A stretch of 62,876 bases of DNA, counting the filler. It is 4 parts of 4 records of this genome, joined end to end, with 100 filler letters (N's around TTAATTAATTAA, not from the genome) between each part and the next. Parts side by side here need not be neighbours in the genome. Positions count along the whole stretch, not along the records: positions 1 to 9,499 come from SRR20825019_2222; 3 more parts are not named here. The stretch is one strand, 5' to 3'. Below, in pieces: positions 1-8,591 of the stretch (position 1 is its first letter; each line of letters starts with the position of its first letter). Position numbers and translations under genes: made by a program. The notes beneath the pieces are model-generated. The model had not been told where the DNA came from, made no database searches, and saw only the letters and a list, made by a program, of their open reading frames with translations.

Positions 1-1512
1 TGCAATAAACATAACCTTAGAAAGGTCGTAGCCCATTTCCAAGAAATTGTCGTAAAATTCTTTATTTTGCTCAGGATCTAAAACTTCTAACATAGCCGAA
101 GAAGGGTCTCCATTATGACTAGAAGAGAGTTTATCTATTTCATCTAAAATAAAAACAGGATTAGAAGTTCCTGCTTTTTTAAGCGACTGTATAATCCTTC
201 CTGGCATTGCTCCTATATAGGTTTTTCTATGTCCACGGATTTCTGCTTCGTCTCGTAATCCTCCTAAAGAAATACGCACATATTCTCTTCCTAACGCCTC
301 TGCAACAGATTTCCCCAAAGATGTTTTACCAACTCCTGGAGGTCCGTATAAACATAAAATTGGCGATTTCATGTCGTTTCTCAACTTCAATACTGCCAAA
401 TATTCTATAATACGCTTTTTAACATCTTCAAGTCCGTAATGGTCTCTATCCAATATTTTCTGAGCACGCTTTAAATCAAATTTATCTTTAGAAAACTTAT
501 TCCATGGCAAGTCCAAAAACAAATCTAAATAATTACGCTGAATGGAATATTCTGCTACTTGCGGATTCATGCGCTGTAGCTTAGCCAATTCTTTTTCAAA
601 ATGTTCTTTTACCTTGGCATCCCATTTTTTCTTATTTCCTTTTATGCGCATTTGCTCAATCTCTTCTTCAGACGAAACTCCTCCCAATTCTTCTTGGATG
701 GTTTTCATTTGCTGATGAAGGAAATATTCCCGCTGTTGCTGATTAAGGTCGGATTGCACTTTAGACTGAATATCGTTTCTCAAATTTAACTTCTGAAATT
801 CAACATTCATAAACTTCAAAGTAGCTAAAGCACGCTCCTGAAGATTTTTTGTTTCTAGTAACTTTTGTTTATCCTTTACTTCCAAATTCATATTAGAAGA
901 AATAAAGTTTATTAAAAACGAGTTACTTTCTATATTTTTAATAGCAAAAGAAGCCTCCGAAGGAATATTTGGACTCTCTTTTATAATCTGTAAAGCCAAG
1001 TCTTTTATAGAGTCTATAATAGTTGTAAACTCTTCGTCTTCATTAGCAGGTTTTTCTTCTGGTAAATCTTTAATTTTCGCATTAAAATAGGGCTCTGTAG
1101 TTGTAATTTCCTCTATTTCAAAACGCTTTTTCCCTTGTATAATTACGGTTGTATTTCCATCGGGCATTTTTAAAACACGAAGAATTCTTGCTACAGTTCC
1201 TGTAGTATTTAAATCGGCTATTTCTGGATCTTCAACGGTTTCATCTTTTTGAGATACTACCCCAATTACTTTACTTCCGTTAGAAGCATCTTTTATTAAT
1301 TTAATCGATTTATCTCTTCCTGCGGTAATCGGAATTACAACACCTGGGAAAAGTACCGTGTTTCTAAGAGGTAAAATTGGGAGTGTCTCAGGCAAAACCT
1401 CATTGTTGATTTCCTCTTCATCTTCCGGAGTCATTAACGGAATTAATTCAGCATCATCATCAATATTTTGCAGTGACAAACTGTCCATATTTAAAAATTT
1501 GTTATTACTCAT
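1..1512 (-). CDS. lon: ATP-dependent Lon protease, 5' part (runs off window start)
   Basis: Manual translation from ATG at 1512: MSNNKFLNMDSLSLQNIDDDAELIPLMTPEDEEE...LPILPLRNTVLFPGVVIPITAGR (Lon N-domain); Walker A YGPPGVGKT near 325-350; HRKTYIGAMPGRIIQ motif. Absent from the ORF track because its stop lies outside the window. Confidence 0.96.
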   Translation of the reverse strand, partial: MSNNKFLNMDSLSLQNIDDDAELIPLMTPEDEEEINNEVLPETLPILPLRNTVLFPGVVIPITAGRDKSIKLIKDASNGSKVIGVVSQKDETVEDPEIADLNTTGTVARILRVLKMPDGNTTVIIQGKKRFEIEEITTTEPYFNAKIKDLPEEKPANEDEEFTTIIDSIKDLALQIIKESPNIPSEASFAIKNIESNSFLINFISSNMNLEVKDKQKLLETKNLQERALATLKFMNVEFQKLNLRNDIQSKVQSDLNQQQREYFLHQQMKTIQEELGGVSSEEEIEQMRIKGNKKKWDAKVKEHFEKELAKLQRMNPQVAEYSIQRNYLDLFLDLPWNKFSKDKFDLKRAQKILDRDHYGLEDVKKRIIEYLAVLKLRNDMKSPILCLYGPPGVGKTSLGKSVAEALGREYVRISLGGLRDEAEIRGHRKTYIGAMPGRIIQSLKKAGTSNPVFILDEIDKLSSSHNGDPSSAMLEVLDPEQNKEFYDNFLEMGYDLSKVMFIA

Positions 1513-1897
1513 AGTTCTTTATAAGTCATTCTGTCATTCAGAATGGGTTTAATTCTTCTTTTTCAGTAGTCCGTTAGCGCCTTAATTTACTGATAGTTTG
1601 TATACAAATTAAGCTTGCCAACATTTTAATCATTCTGTATAGGCAATACCCGTGCCATAATTAACAAATTGTATTTTTACGTTTAACCTCTAGCTATTGT
1701 AGATTTTCATTTCACTTTTATCTATAAGTTTCACTTTTTCTCTTCCAAAACTTATCCGAAGATTTAGTATCTTTCTCCCTTAATTCATTTTCAACACATG
1801 AAAGCCCACAATGGGCATTTAATAGAGAATAATCAACACCAACATAAATAATTTAAATTACTAACAATCAATTCGTTTTTGTAAAAATTTAATATAG

Positions 1898-3796
1898 ATG
1901 AAAAGCATTTTTTTAAGTCTTCTCCTTTCCTTTACCGTTTTTAATGGGTTTTCTCAGGATTTCTCTAAATACTTTATCAATCCGCCACAAGAAATTACAG
2001 TTTTAGATTCTTGCGTTTCTTTAACAAGTACAAATGCTAGTCAGCTTGAAAAACTCCTTACTATTACTACAAACATGGATTTTATTGGGTCTATGGATAT
2101 TGCAGAAAAGATTGGTTTTTCAAAATTACATCTCAATTTTAGTATCGATTCTTTACAGTTAAAGCCTCAAGGATATCGTTTAAAAATAACTACAGACACG
2201 CTGCAAGTTACAGGGCAAAATTTAGCCGGACTATTTTATGCTAAACAAACCCTTTCTCAACTCCTTTCGTATGCTATATCCGAAGGGAAATCGCTTCCTT
2301 GTATAGAAATTACAGATTGGCCAAATTTTGAAAGAAGAGGCGTTATGTTGGATGTTAGTAGAGACAAAGTGCCAACTATGGAAACACTTTATCAACTTAT
2401 TGATAAGTTAGCCGAATGGAAACAAAACGAATTACAACTTTATATTGAGCATACCTTTGCCTACAAAAACCATGAGGAAGTATGGAAAAATGCGAGTCCG
2501 TTTACTGCGGAAGAAATTAAACTCCTCGATGCTTATTGTCGAGAAAGACATATTGATTTAGTGCCGAATCAAAATTCGTTTGGGCATATGGAAAACTGGT
2601 TAAAGCATGATGAATATTTAGATTTAGCTGAATGTCCTGAAGATTGTGAAACTGTTTGGGGAAAACGAAAACGCACTAGTTTAAATCCGACTGACCCTGC
2701 TTCTTTTGAATTAATGAAGAGTTTGTATGAAGAATTACTTCCAAATTTTTCGAGTAAGTATTTTAATATTGGCGGAGATGAAACGGTAGAGCTTTGTTTA
2801 GGAAAGTCTAAAGAAGAATGTGAAAAGCTTGGAAAAGGACACGTATATTTAAACTACCTCACTAAACTCAATGAAGAAGTTAATAAGCAAGGAAAATTAG
2901 CTCAGTTTTGGGGAGATATTATTTTAAATCATCCAGAATTAATAAGTGAAATTCCTAAAAATATGACTGCGGTAGTTTGGGGATATGATGCCACCTACCC
3001 TTTTGATGAAAACTTACCAAAGTTTAAAAATGCAGGTTTAGAATTTTATGTGTGCCCAGGAACCTCTACATGGCGTTCTGAAATAGGAAGAAACACCAAT
3101 GCCTTTGAAAACCTTAAGAATGCTGCAATTGAAGGGCAAAAAAATAATGCAAAAGGTTTTTTAAACACAAATTGGGGAGATTTTGGTCATTTTCAACCAT
3201 TATCTGTTACCTATGCTCCACTGCTTCTTGGCGCTTCTTATTCTTGGAATTATTCAGAAAAATCTGTTGATAACTTAGCTTTTCATTTAAATCATTATGT
3301 GTTTAAAGACGAAACAGCCAATACAGGAAAAGCTATTTTAATGCTAGGTGATGCTTATCTAAAAGCAGATATTCCTGCAGGAAATGCCAATGCTTTCCAC
3401 TTAATGCTCCGAAGGTTTAAATGGACTATGAAAGGGCACTACCAAACAAAACACCTAACCATAAAAGGATTGGAAGCCGCAGAAAATGAGATTAATAACG
3501 CTTTAGCTATTCTTGATAAAGGGAAACCAACTTCTGAGGATGCTGCCATTGTAATTGCAGAAACAAAACAGGCTGCCAAACTTGCATTACATGGAGCTCA
3601 TTTAGGAGAAGCTCGATTAAAAGCAAAAGGATATGCCACGGAAAACATTCCGGAAGTAGAAAAAGAAAAACTAGCGGAAGAACTCGCGCCAATTATAGAA
3701 AATCAAAAGAAAACTTGGTTGCTTAGAAATCGTGAAGGGGGACTTGAAGATTCTACCGATAAATTGAAAGAATTATTAGAGTATTATAAAAATTAA
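1898..3796 (+). CDS. Secreted glycoside hydrolase family 20 (beta-N-acetylhexosaminidase-like)
   Basis: N-terminal signal peptide; GH20 domain-2 motif QGYRLKI...GLFYAKQTL; DWPNFERRGVMLDVSR; catalytic FNIGGDET (Asp-Glu) motif. Confidence 0.9.
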   Translation: MKSIFLSLLLSFTVFNGFSQDFSKYFINPPQEITVLDSCVSLTSTNASQLEKLLTITTNMDFIGSMDIAEKIGFSKLHLNFSIDSLQLKPQGYRLKITTDTLQVTGQNLAGLFYAKQTLSQLLSYAISEGKSLPCIEITDWPNFERRGVMLDVSRDKVPTMETLYQLIDKLAEWKQNELQLYIEHTFAYKNHEEVWKNASPFTAEEIKLLDAYCRERHIDLVPNQNSFGHMENWLKHDEYLDLAECPEDCETVWGKRKRTSLNPTDPASFELMKSLYEELLPNFSSKYFNIGGDETVELCLGKSKEECEKLGKGHVYLNYLTKLNEEVNKQGKLAQFWGDIILNHPELISEIPKNMTAVVWGYDATYPFDENLPKFKNAGLEFYVCPGTSTWRSEIGRNTNAFENLKNAAIEGQKNNAKGFLNTNWGDFGHFQPLSVTYAPLLLGASYSWNYSEKSVDNLAFHLNHYVFKDETANTGKAILMLGDAYLKADIPAGNANAFHLMLRRFKWTMKGHYQTKHLTIKGLEAAENEINNALAILDKGKPTSEDAAIVIAETKQAAKLALHGAHLGEARLKAKGYATENIPEVEKEKLAEELAPIIENQKKTWLLRNREGGLEDSTDKLKELLEYYKN

Positions 3797-3804
3797 TTTA
3801 CAGC

Positions 3805-3869
3805 TGTCAAACTGAGTTTCTGGAAGTTTTTAAAATAATGCAAGATCCTTCGACAAGCTCAGGAGGACA
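3805..3869. repeat. Imperfect inverted repeat of the Bacteroidota REP-like class (TGTCAnnCTGAG...CTTCGACAAGCTCAGGAnGACA)
   Basis: tgtcaaactgagtttctggaag (3805-3826) pairs imperfectly with cttcgacaagctcaggaggaca (3848-3869); lies directly after the GH20 stop. Confidence 0.6.
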
Positions 3870-3881
3870 TTCGACAAGCGG

Positions 3882-4038
3882 ACAAACTGCAAGCCTGATA
3901 TAGCTTACGAAAAGCTCAGGAAACGTACAACAGGTTCAGGATAAACAACTTGCAACCCTAAGAGAACTTAAGGCAAGTTCAGGATAATAAACAGCAAGCT
4001 CAGGATAAACAAACCGCAATCCTAATATAACTTAAGGC
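3882..4038 (+). repeat. Degenerate ~63-bp tandem repeat (2.5 copies); each full unit has two CAAGCTCAGGA-like sub-repeats
   Basis: Units start at 3882 (acaaactgcaagcctgatatagcttacg...), 3945 (acaacttgcaaccctaagagaacttaagg...) and 4009 (acaaaccgcaatcctaatataacttaagg). Confidence 0.75.
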
Positions 4039-4117
4039 TACAGCATACCAAACCTAGGATAACGCAATAAATACAACAAGGATGATAAATGGTGCTTTTT
4101 AAAAAGCTTCCTTTTAT

Positions 4118-4762
4118 TTACAATTTAATATACTTGTTTTTAATTCCGTAGAGTACTAATCCAATACGACTCCTAACTTGGAGTTTATCAAAAAGACTTT
4201 CTCGATAGCCATCTATTGTTTTAGGAGATAAAAACATTTCAGCAGCAATCTCTTTATAAGTCATTTCAGTACAAGCCAATTTTAAAAACTGTATTTCACG
4301 GTCTTTAAGCTCCACTCCATTCACTTTATTTTCTTCTTTTAAAACAGCGTCCAACAACTCATTAGTAATTCTATCTGAGTAATAAAAGCCTTTATGGATA
4401 ACATCGTCTATAGCTTTTTCCAATGTGTCTGGGTGAATATCTTTTAACAAATACCCTTTGGCGCCATTACACAACATTTTAATTATAATCTCCTCGCTAT
4501 CGTCCATAGAAAGCGCAATAACTTTTTGTTCTGGATGATTTTTATACAACCACTTCATTGTCTCCACTCCATTCAAAACTGGCATATTTATATCCATCAA
4601 AATTACATCTGGCATGGGTTTATGCTGTATTGTGTTTATTAAACTTTGACCGTTAACAGCATGGAAAGAAACTTGGTATTTATCAAAAGAATCTATTAGG
4701 GAAGTTAGGGATTTAGCAAATAGCAAATGGTCATCTACAATTGCAATATCATATTTTTTCAT
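4118..4762 (-). CDS. NarL/FixJ-family response regulator (REC + LuxR HTH)
   Basis: IAIVDDH, phosphoacceptor DVILMDINMP, GAKGYLLKD, HTH TYKEIAAEMFLSPKTIDGYRESLFDKL. Confidence 0.95.
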   Translation of the reverse strand: MKKYDIAIVDDHLLFAKSLTSLIDSFDKYQVSFHAVNGQSLINTIQHKPMPDVILMDINMPVLNGVETMKWLYKNHPEQKVIALSMDDSEEIIIKMLCNGAKGYLLKDIHPDTLEKAIDDVIHKGFYYSDRITNELLDAVLKEENKVNGVELKDREIQFLKLACTEMTYKEIAAEMFLSPKTIDGYRESLFDKLQVRSRIGLVLYGIKNKYIKL

Positions 4763-5547
4763 TACTCTTTTGGCTTAGTTGGATACACCAAAGTTACAGA
4801 AACTCCTTCATTCTTTTTACTTTCAATAGAAAAATCTGCTTCAATTAATTTAGCTCGCATCTGCATATTCATAATCCCCGTTCCATTTTGTGCTGCTTCA
4901 ACATCAAAACCAACACCATCGTCTACAACTTTTACATATAAATAAGAAGGGGTATATTTTAATAACACTGCCAAGTTAGCCGCTTTAGAATATTTTACCA
5001 CATTAGAAAAACACTCTTGAAAGATTCTAAAAATAATAATTTCGTCTTTTTTATCAATAGCATAAAAATCGCCTTCAATTGTATAGTTTATACTAATAAA
5101 ATTTAGCCTTTTAAAACGGTCAATTTCTATTTTTAAAGATTCTTCTAAGCCCCTTCTAGAAATAAAATCAGTATTTAATGTATGAGATAATTGTCTTATT
5201 TCACTTACTCCCTGTCCAAGAACATAAACGGCTTCTTCGTAAAATTTTTGCTTTTCTGGAGAGATATCATTCTGTAGCATATTTAATTGCATCTTCGCTA
5301 CCGAAAGCAATTGGCCAACATTATCATGCAATTCCCAACTAATATTTTTAAGGGTTTGTTCTTGAATTTCTGTTTGAGCTTTTGTAAGCTCCTTTTCATA
5401 GTTTTGCTTATCCTCAACTCTTTCTAGTAAAAATTGTGTTTTTTTCTGTTGATATGATAAAAAGTATTTAGTGGCATATATTACAACGATTATTATAATA
5501 AAACTGACATATAAAATTAAACCAACAATTTCCTCTTCGTGTTCCAT
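4762..5547 (-). CDS. HisKA_3-type histidine kinase with one N-terminal TM helix and no sensor domain
   Basis: One TM at about aa 7-30; H-box ELHDNVGQ; N-box QECFSNVVKYS; G1 DDGVGFD; G2 GTGIMNM; stop overlaps the regulator ATG (TAATG). Confidence 0.93.
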   Translation of the reverse strand: MEHEEEIVGLILYVSFIIIIVVIYATKYFLSYQQKKTQFLLERVEDKQNYEKELTKAQTEIQEQTLKNISWELHDNVGQLLSVAKMQLNMLQNDISPEKQKFYEEAVYVLGQGVSEIRQLSHTLNTDFISRRGLEESLKIEIDRFKRLNFISINYTIEGDFYAIDKKDEIIIFRIFQECFSNVVKYSKAANLAVLLKYTPSYLYVKVVDDGVGFDVEAAQNGTGIMNMQMRAKLIEADFSIESKKNEGVSVTLVYPTKPKE

Positions 5548-5586
5548 TAATTAGGATAAGTTTTTCTAATATTTAATTCCTCGATA

Positions 5587-5612
5587 AATCAACTACCTCG
5601 AGGTAGTTGATT
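5587..5612. promoter_or_regulatory. Perfect 26-bp palindrome AATCAACTACCTCGAGGTAGTTGATT between membrane gene and kinase
   Basis: Sequence equals its own reverse complement; 40 bp upstream of the kinase ATG; function unknown. Confidence 0.55.
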
Positions 5613-5709
5613 ATAGTTTAATTTAGGATTCTCTCTCTGTTTATAAATAACATTAAATAATTGTTATAAATAAAACATTTGCTGACAAATTTAAATTTTA
5701 CACCTTCCA

Positions 5710-6429
5710 TTAATAGGGGGCTTTTCCCCTTTCTAAAACACTTTTTTTTGCATTCACTACAAAACCAATAATAAAGCAGCCATAAAGCACTATGTTAGAA
5801 AGCAGTAATATAGAAACATAAATTCCTTGGAAATTGTAAAAAAGCCTAGTGAAAATAGTTATAGGTACTGTTACTAAATAATAAAAAAGAGAGCCTATTA
5901 TAAGCCAAAAAGAAAGTTCTTTATAGATGTTTAAAATTTTATCGGAATCAAAAATCTCATTAAAATAAAAGGTGGTAGCCAATAAGATCGATAAAGTCCC
6001 TGAAATACGAACCCACATTAAGCTTTTAGAAAAGAAACCTTCACTCCTTAAAGTTAAATCTAATATCACAAAAACAGTATAAATTAATAATATAACATAG
6101 ATATACCGCCTATGCTTAAACTTTTTTAACAATCTTAAAAAATAGTATAAATAAAGATAAAAGGTAATTATTCGAAATATATTAAATGCCCAATAATTTT
6201 GTTCTGAAATTACTTCTGGAAGTATTCCCTTAAAAAAAACGGTGAAAGTTGTTTGAGGAAAAAAATGAAAATAGATATAACTATATCCTATACATTCTGT
6301 TCCTAACGTTAATAGTAATAAATACAAAAAGTACCGATTGGGGGTATCTCGGTACTTTTTATAGGTAATACTTGCTATAACAGTAGCAGCTATAATAAAA
6401 AGAAAAATTAAAATTCGTAAATATAACAT
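5710..6429 (-). CDS. Uncharacterised polytopic (about 7 TM) membrane protein, putative receptor subunit for the kinase
   Basis: About seven hydrophobic segments; motifs YFLYLLLLTLGTECIG, NYWAFNIF, FWLIIGSLFYY; co-oriented upstream of kinase and regulator. Confidence 0.8.
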   Translation of the reverse strand: MLYLRILIFLFIIAATVIASITYKKYRDTPNRYFLYLLLLTLGTECIGYSYIYFHFFPQTTFTVFFKGILPEVISEQNYWAFNIFRIITFYLYLYYFLRLLKKFKHRRYIYVILLIYTVFVILDLTLRSEGFFSKSLMWVRISGTLSILLATTFYFNEIFDSDKILNIYKELSFWLIIGSLFYYLVTVPITIFTRLFYNFQGIYVSILLLSNIVLYGCFIIGFVVNAKKSVLERGKAPY

Positions 6430-6452
6430 ATAGCTTCACTAATTTTCTCCAC

Positions 6453-6839
6453 TTAATTAGGAGGCCATCCCATTGATGAATCATTATAAGAATCTACATC
6501 TTCAATCATTTCAGGTGCAGCTGCTTTGGCGCTTTTTGCAACAGTAGGAACGTCTTTAACACCTGTAGGCATAATAAACCCAGAGATATTTCCTTCTTTA
6601 TCGTCGTCATTATATCTTCCTAAAGAAAAACGTAACCCCAAGTCTTTATACCCTTTGTCTTTTGCTTCTTGTTTAAAATATGCAATGTACTCTTCTAACT
6701 CTTCTAAAGACCACCAAAACTGACTAGCAAATTCTTTTCCGAATTCTTTTTTAAGCGCTTTTTCAATAGTTTTAGCGTACTTGTCTTGTAGTTTTATCGC
6801 TTTTTTGTGTGTAATACACTTTTTTGGTTTTTTCGCCAT
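6453..6839 (-). CDS. Uncharacterised 128-aa cytoplasmic protein with C-terminal N-x4-G-x-PP tail
   Basis: Clean ORF, 23 bp from the next gene; core motifs WWSLEELEEYI, GLRFSLGRY, FIMPTG; ends YNDSSMGWPPN; no signal peptide. Confidence 0.8.
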   Translation of the reverse strand: MAKKPKKCITHKKAIKLQDKYAKTIEKALKKEFGKEFASQFWWSLEELEEYIAYFKQEAKDKGYKDLGLRFSLGRYNDDDKEGNISGFIMPTGVKDVPTVAKSAKAAAPEMIEDVDSYNDSSMGWPPN

Positions 6840-7057
6840 TTTGTAGTTGGTTTAATTATTTGTTTTAGGTTAAAAATTTTTCTTTCGTCCACTAAAATAT
6901 ATATTTTAACGTTTATATCCGATGGTTTCCTTATTTTTTTGATGAAATACTTATAACCTCGCACAACGTTACTTATTGAAGACATTTTTAAATAGAAACT
7001 ATTTTGATTATACTAGTTAAAATAAGTAACTTAAAGTGTTCATTAAAAACAACATAT

Positions 7058-7894
7058 ATGAAAGTCCTCAAATACAAATCTTCCGACCCCGCAGTTTATC
7101 TCTTAGAACAAATTCTCTTTAAATTAGGATACTCCATATATATTTCTAATTACTTTGGAAAAGATACCGATAATGCGGTAAAAGATTTTCAGCAAAAAAA
7201 TGATTTAGTTGTAGATGGAATTGTAGGAGTAAAAACTTGGAGTAAATTATTAAGCATAGAAAGAGAGCTTTTTAATAATACCGACAAACTACTTTCTGAA
7301 AAAGACTTAATTAATTTTGCACAAAAGTTTGAGATAGAACTTGCTACTGTTAAAGCTATAAATGAGATTGAAAGTAACGGAAAAGGCTTTCTCCTTTCTG
7401 GTAAAGCTAAAATACTATTTGAAGGACATGTTTTTTGGAGAGAATTAGTAAAAAGAAATATAGATCCAGCCCCGTATGTTAATGAAAATACTAAACATGT
7501 ACTTTACAAGAAGTGGACAAAAAAATATTATGTTGGTGGCGAAGGAGAATACAATAGATTAAGAATTGCTGCAACACTAGAAGCTAATGCAGCTTTTTAT
7601 GAAAGTGCCCACGCAGCAACCTCTTGGGGAACATTTCAAATAATGGGATATCATTACAAATCTTTGGGATATCCATCTATAACAGCTTTTGTAGAGGCTA
7701 TGCAAACCCATGAAAGAGAACATTTAAAAGCTTTTGGAAAATTTCTGGAGGTAAATAATTTAATAGGTTACTTAAAAAATCACCAATGGGAAGCTTTTTC
7801 TCGTGCCTACAATGGCCCTTCTTTTAAACGTAATCAGTACGACAAACAACTAAAGCTTCTATACTTTAAATATAAAAATATTAACTTGCGCTAA
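7058..7894 (+). CDS. Peptidoglycan-binding domain + N-acetylmuramidase (DUF3380/Muraidase-like)
   Basis: PG_binding_1 motif FGKDTDNAVKDFQ...DGIVGVKTW; muramidase motifs EIES, ILFEGHVF, SWGTFQIMG, YNGP; ATG 7058 preferred over TTG 7004; no signal peptide. Confidence 0.9.
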   Translation: MKVLKYKSSDPAVYLLEQILFKLGYSIYISNYFGKDTDNAVKDFQQKNDLVVDGIVGVKTWSKLLSIERELFNNTDKLLSEKDLINFAQKFEIELATVKAINEIESNGKGFLLSGKAKILFEGHVFWRELVKRNIDPAPYVNENTKHVLYKKWTKKYYVGGEGEYNRLRIAATLEANAAFYESAHAATSWGTFQIMGYHYKSLGYPSITAFVEAMQTHEREHLKAFGKFLEVNNLIGYLKNHQWEAFSRAYNGPSFKRNQYDKQLKLLYFKYKNINLR

Positions 7895-7942
7895 ATGCCT
7901 TTTATAAACGTTTTTAGCTCCCATTTGGTCGAAAACGTAACT

Positions 7943-7956
7943 AGGTATTTTCCCCT
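7943..7956. promoter_or_regulatory. Candidate LuxR-type operator AGGTATTTTCCCCT (related copy GGGGCTTTTCCCCT at 5717-5730)
   Basis: Imperfect inverted repeat about 50 bp upstream of ATG 8004, just before a TTATTTTG resembling the Bacteroidota -7 element. Confidence 0.35.
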
Positions 7957-8003
7957 TTTAACTGGCGGATATTTTCTTTATTTTGCTAAAAACAAAAAGC
8001 AAG

Positions 8004-8591
8004 ATGACACATACTACCTCTTATTTGGATGTTTTCCAATGTGTAAACTCCAAAACCACCCATTCTGTAGGGAAAATTAAATACTTAATTGAGAATGACG
8101 ATTTAAGTGCTTCCGATGAATTATACCGTTTTTTAAATGAAATTGAAGATATCTTCCGAAGGAACCAATTGTCGGAATTTACAGCTATAGCAACCTATAG
8201 AATTGAATTATTAGCCTCACGTTGGGCTTTGGATCAACGTATTCCGCAAAAGAGGTTTCAATTAGACAAAGCATCCGCTTTAATTCCTAATATTACAAAA
8301 ACTGTTTCTAACGCCTTAAAACCTATAGAAAACAAAATTAATACGGCTCGTAAAATTATTCAAGAATTGGTTTGTATGGCTTATGACAGTAATATGATTC
8401 ATTACCAAGAAAAAATAAACTTTGCGGATTTTTCAAACGGTTTATGGACACTTTTTCTTACCCATGATAGTTTCAAGGAAAAAGCTACTTTAGTTTCTAA
8501 ATCCTTGAGTAAAAACGACATTATTATTTTAATTTCTGAAGAAATTCATCAAAAAGAAAAGATTTCTCCTTCAGAAAAATCACTCTTTTAA
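8004..8591 (+). CDS. Uncharacterised, probably all-alpha-helical protein
   Basis: 195-aa ORF from ATG 8004; amphipathic helical pattern; no recognisable catalytic motif. Confidence 0.7.
   Translation: MTHTTSYLDVFQCVNSKTTHSVGKIKYLIENDDLSASDELYRFLNEIEDIFRRNQLSEFTAIATYRIELLASRWALDQRIPQKRFQLDKASALIPNITKTVSNALKPIENKINTARKIIQELVCMAYDSNMIHYQEKINFADFSNGLWTLFLTHDSFKEKATLVSKSLSKNDIIILISEEIHQKEKISPSEKSLF

Noticed and set aside
207-1552. Short plus-strand ORFs listed in the track
   Set aside because: They are antisense to lon, which occupies 1-1512 on the minus strand.
3848-4090. CRISPR array
   Set aside because: Repeats are degenerate, the intervening sequences resemble each other rather than being unique spacers, and no cas genes are present.
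7058-7894. Prophage inferred from the endolysin-like gene
   Set aside because: No integrase, structural, holin or replication genes on the contig.
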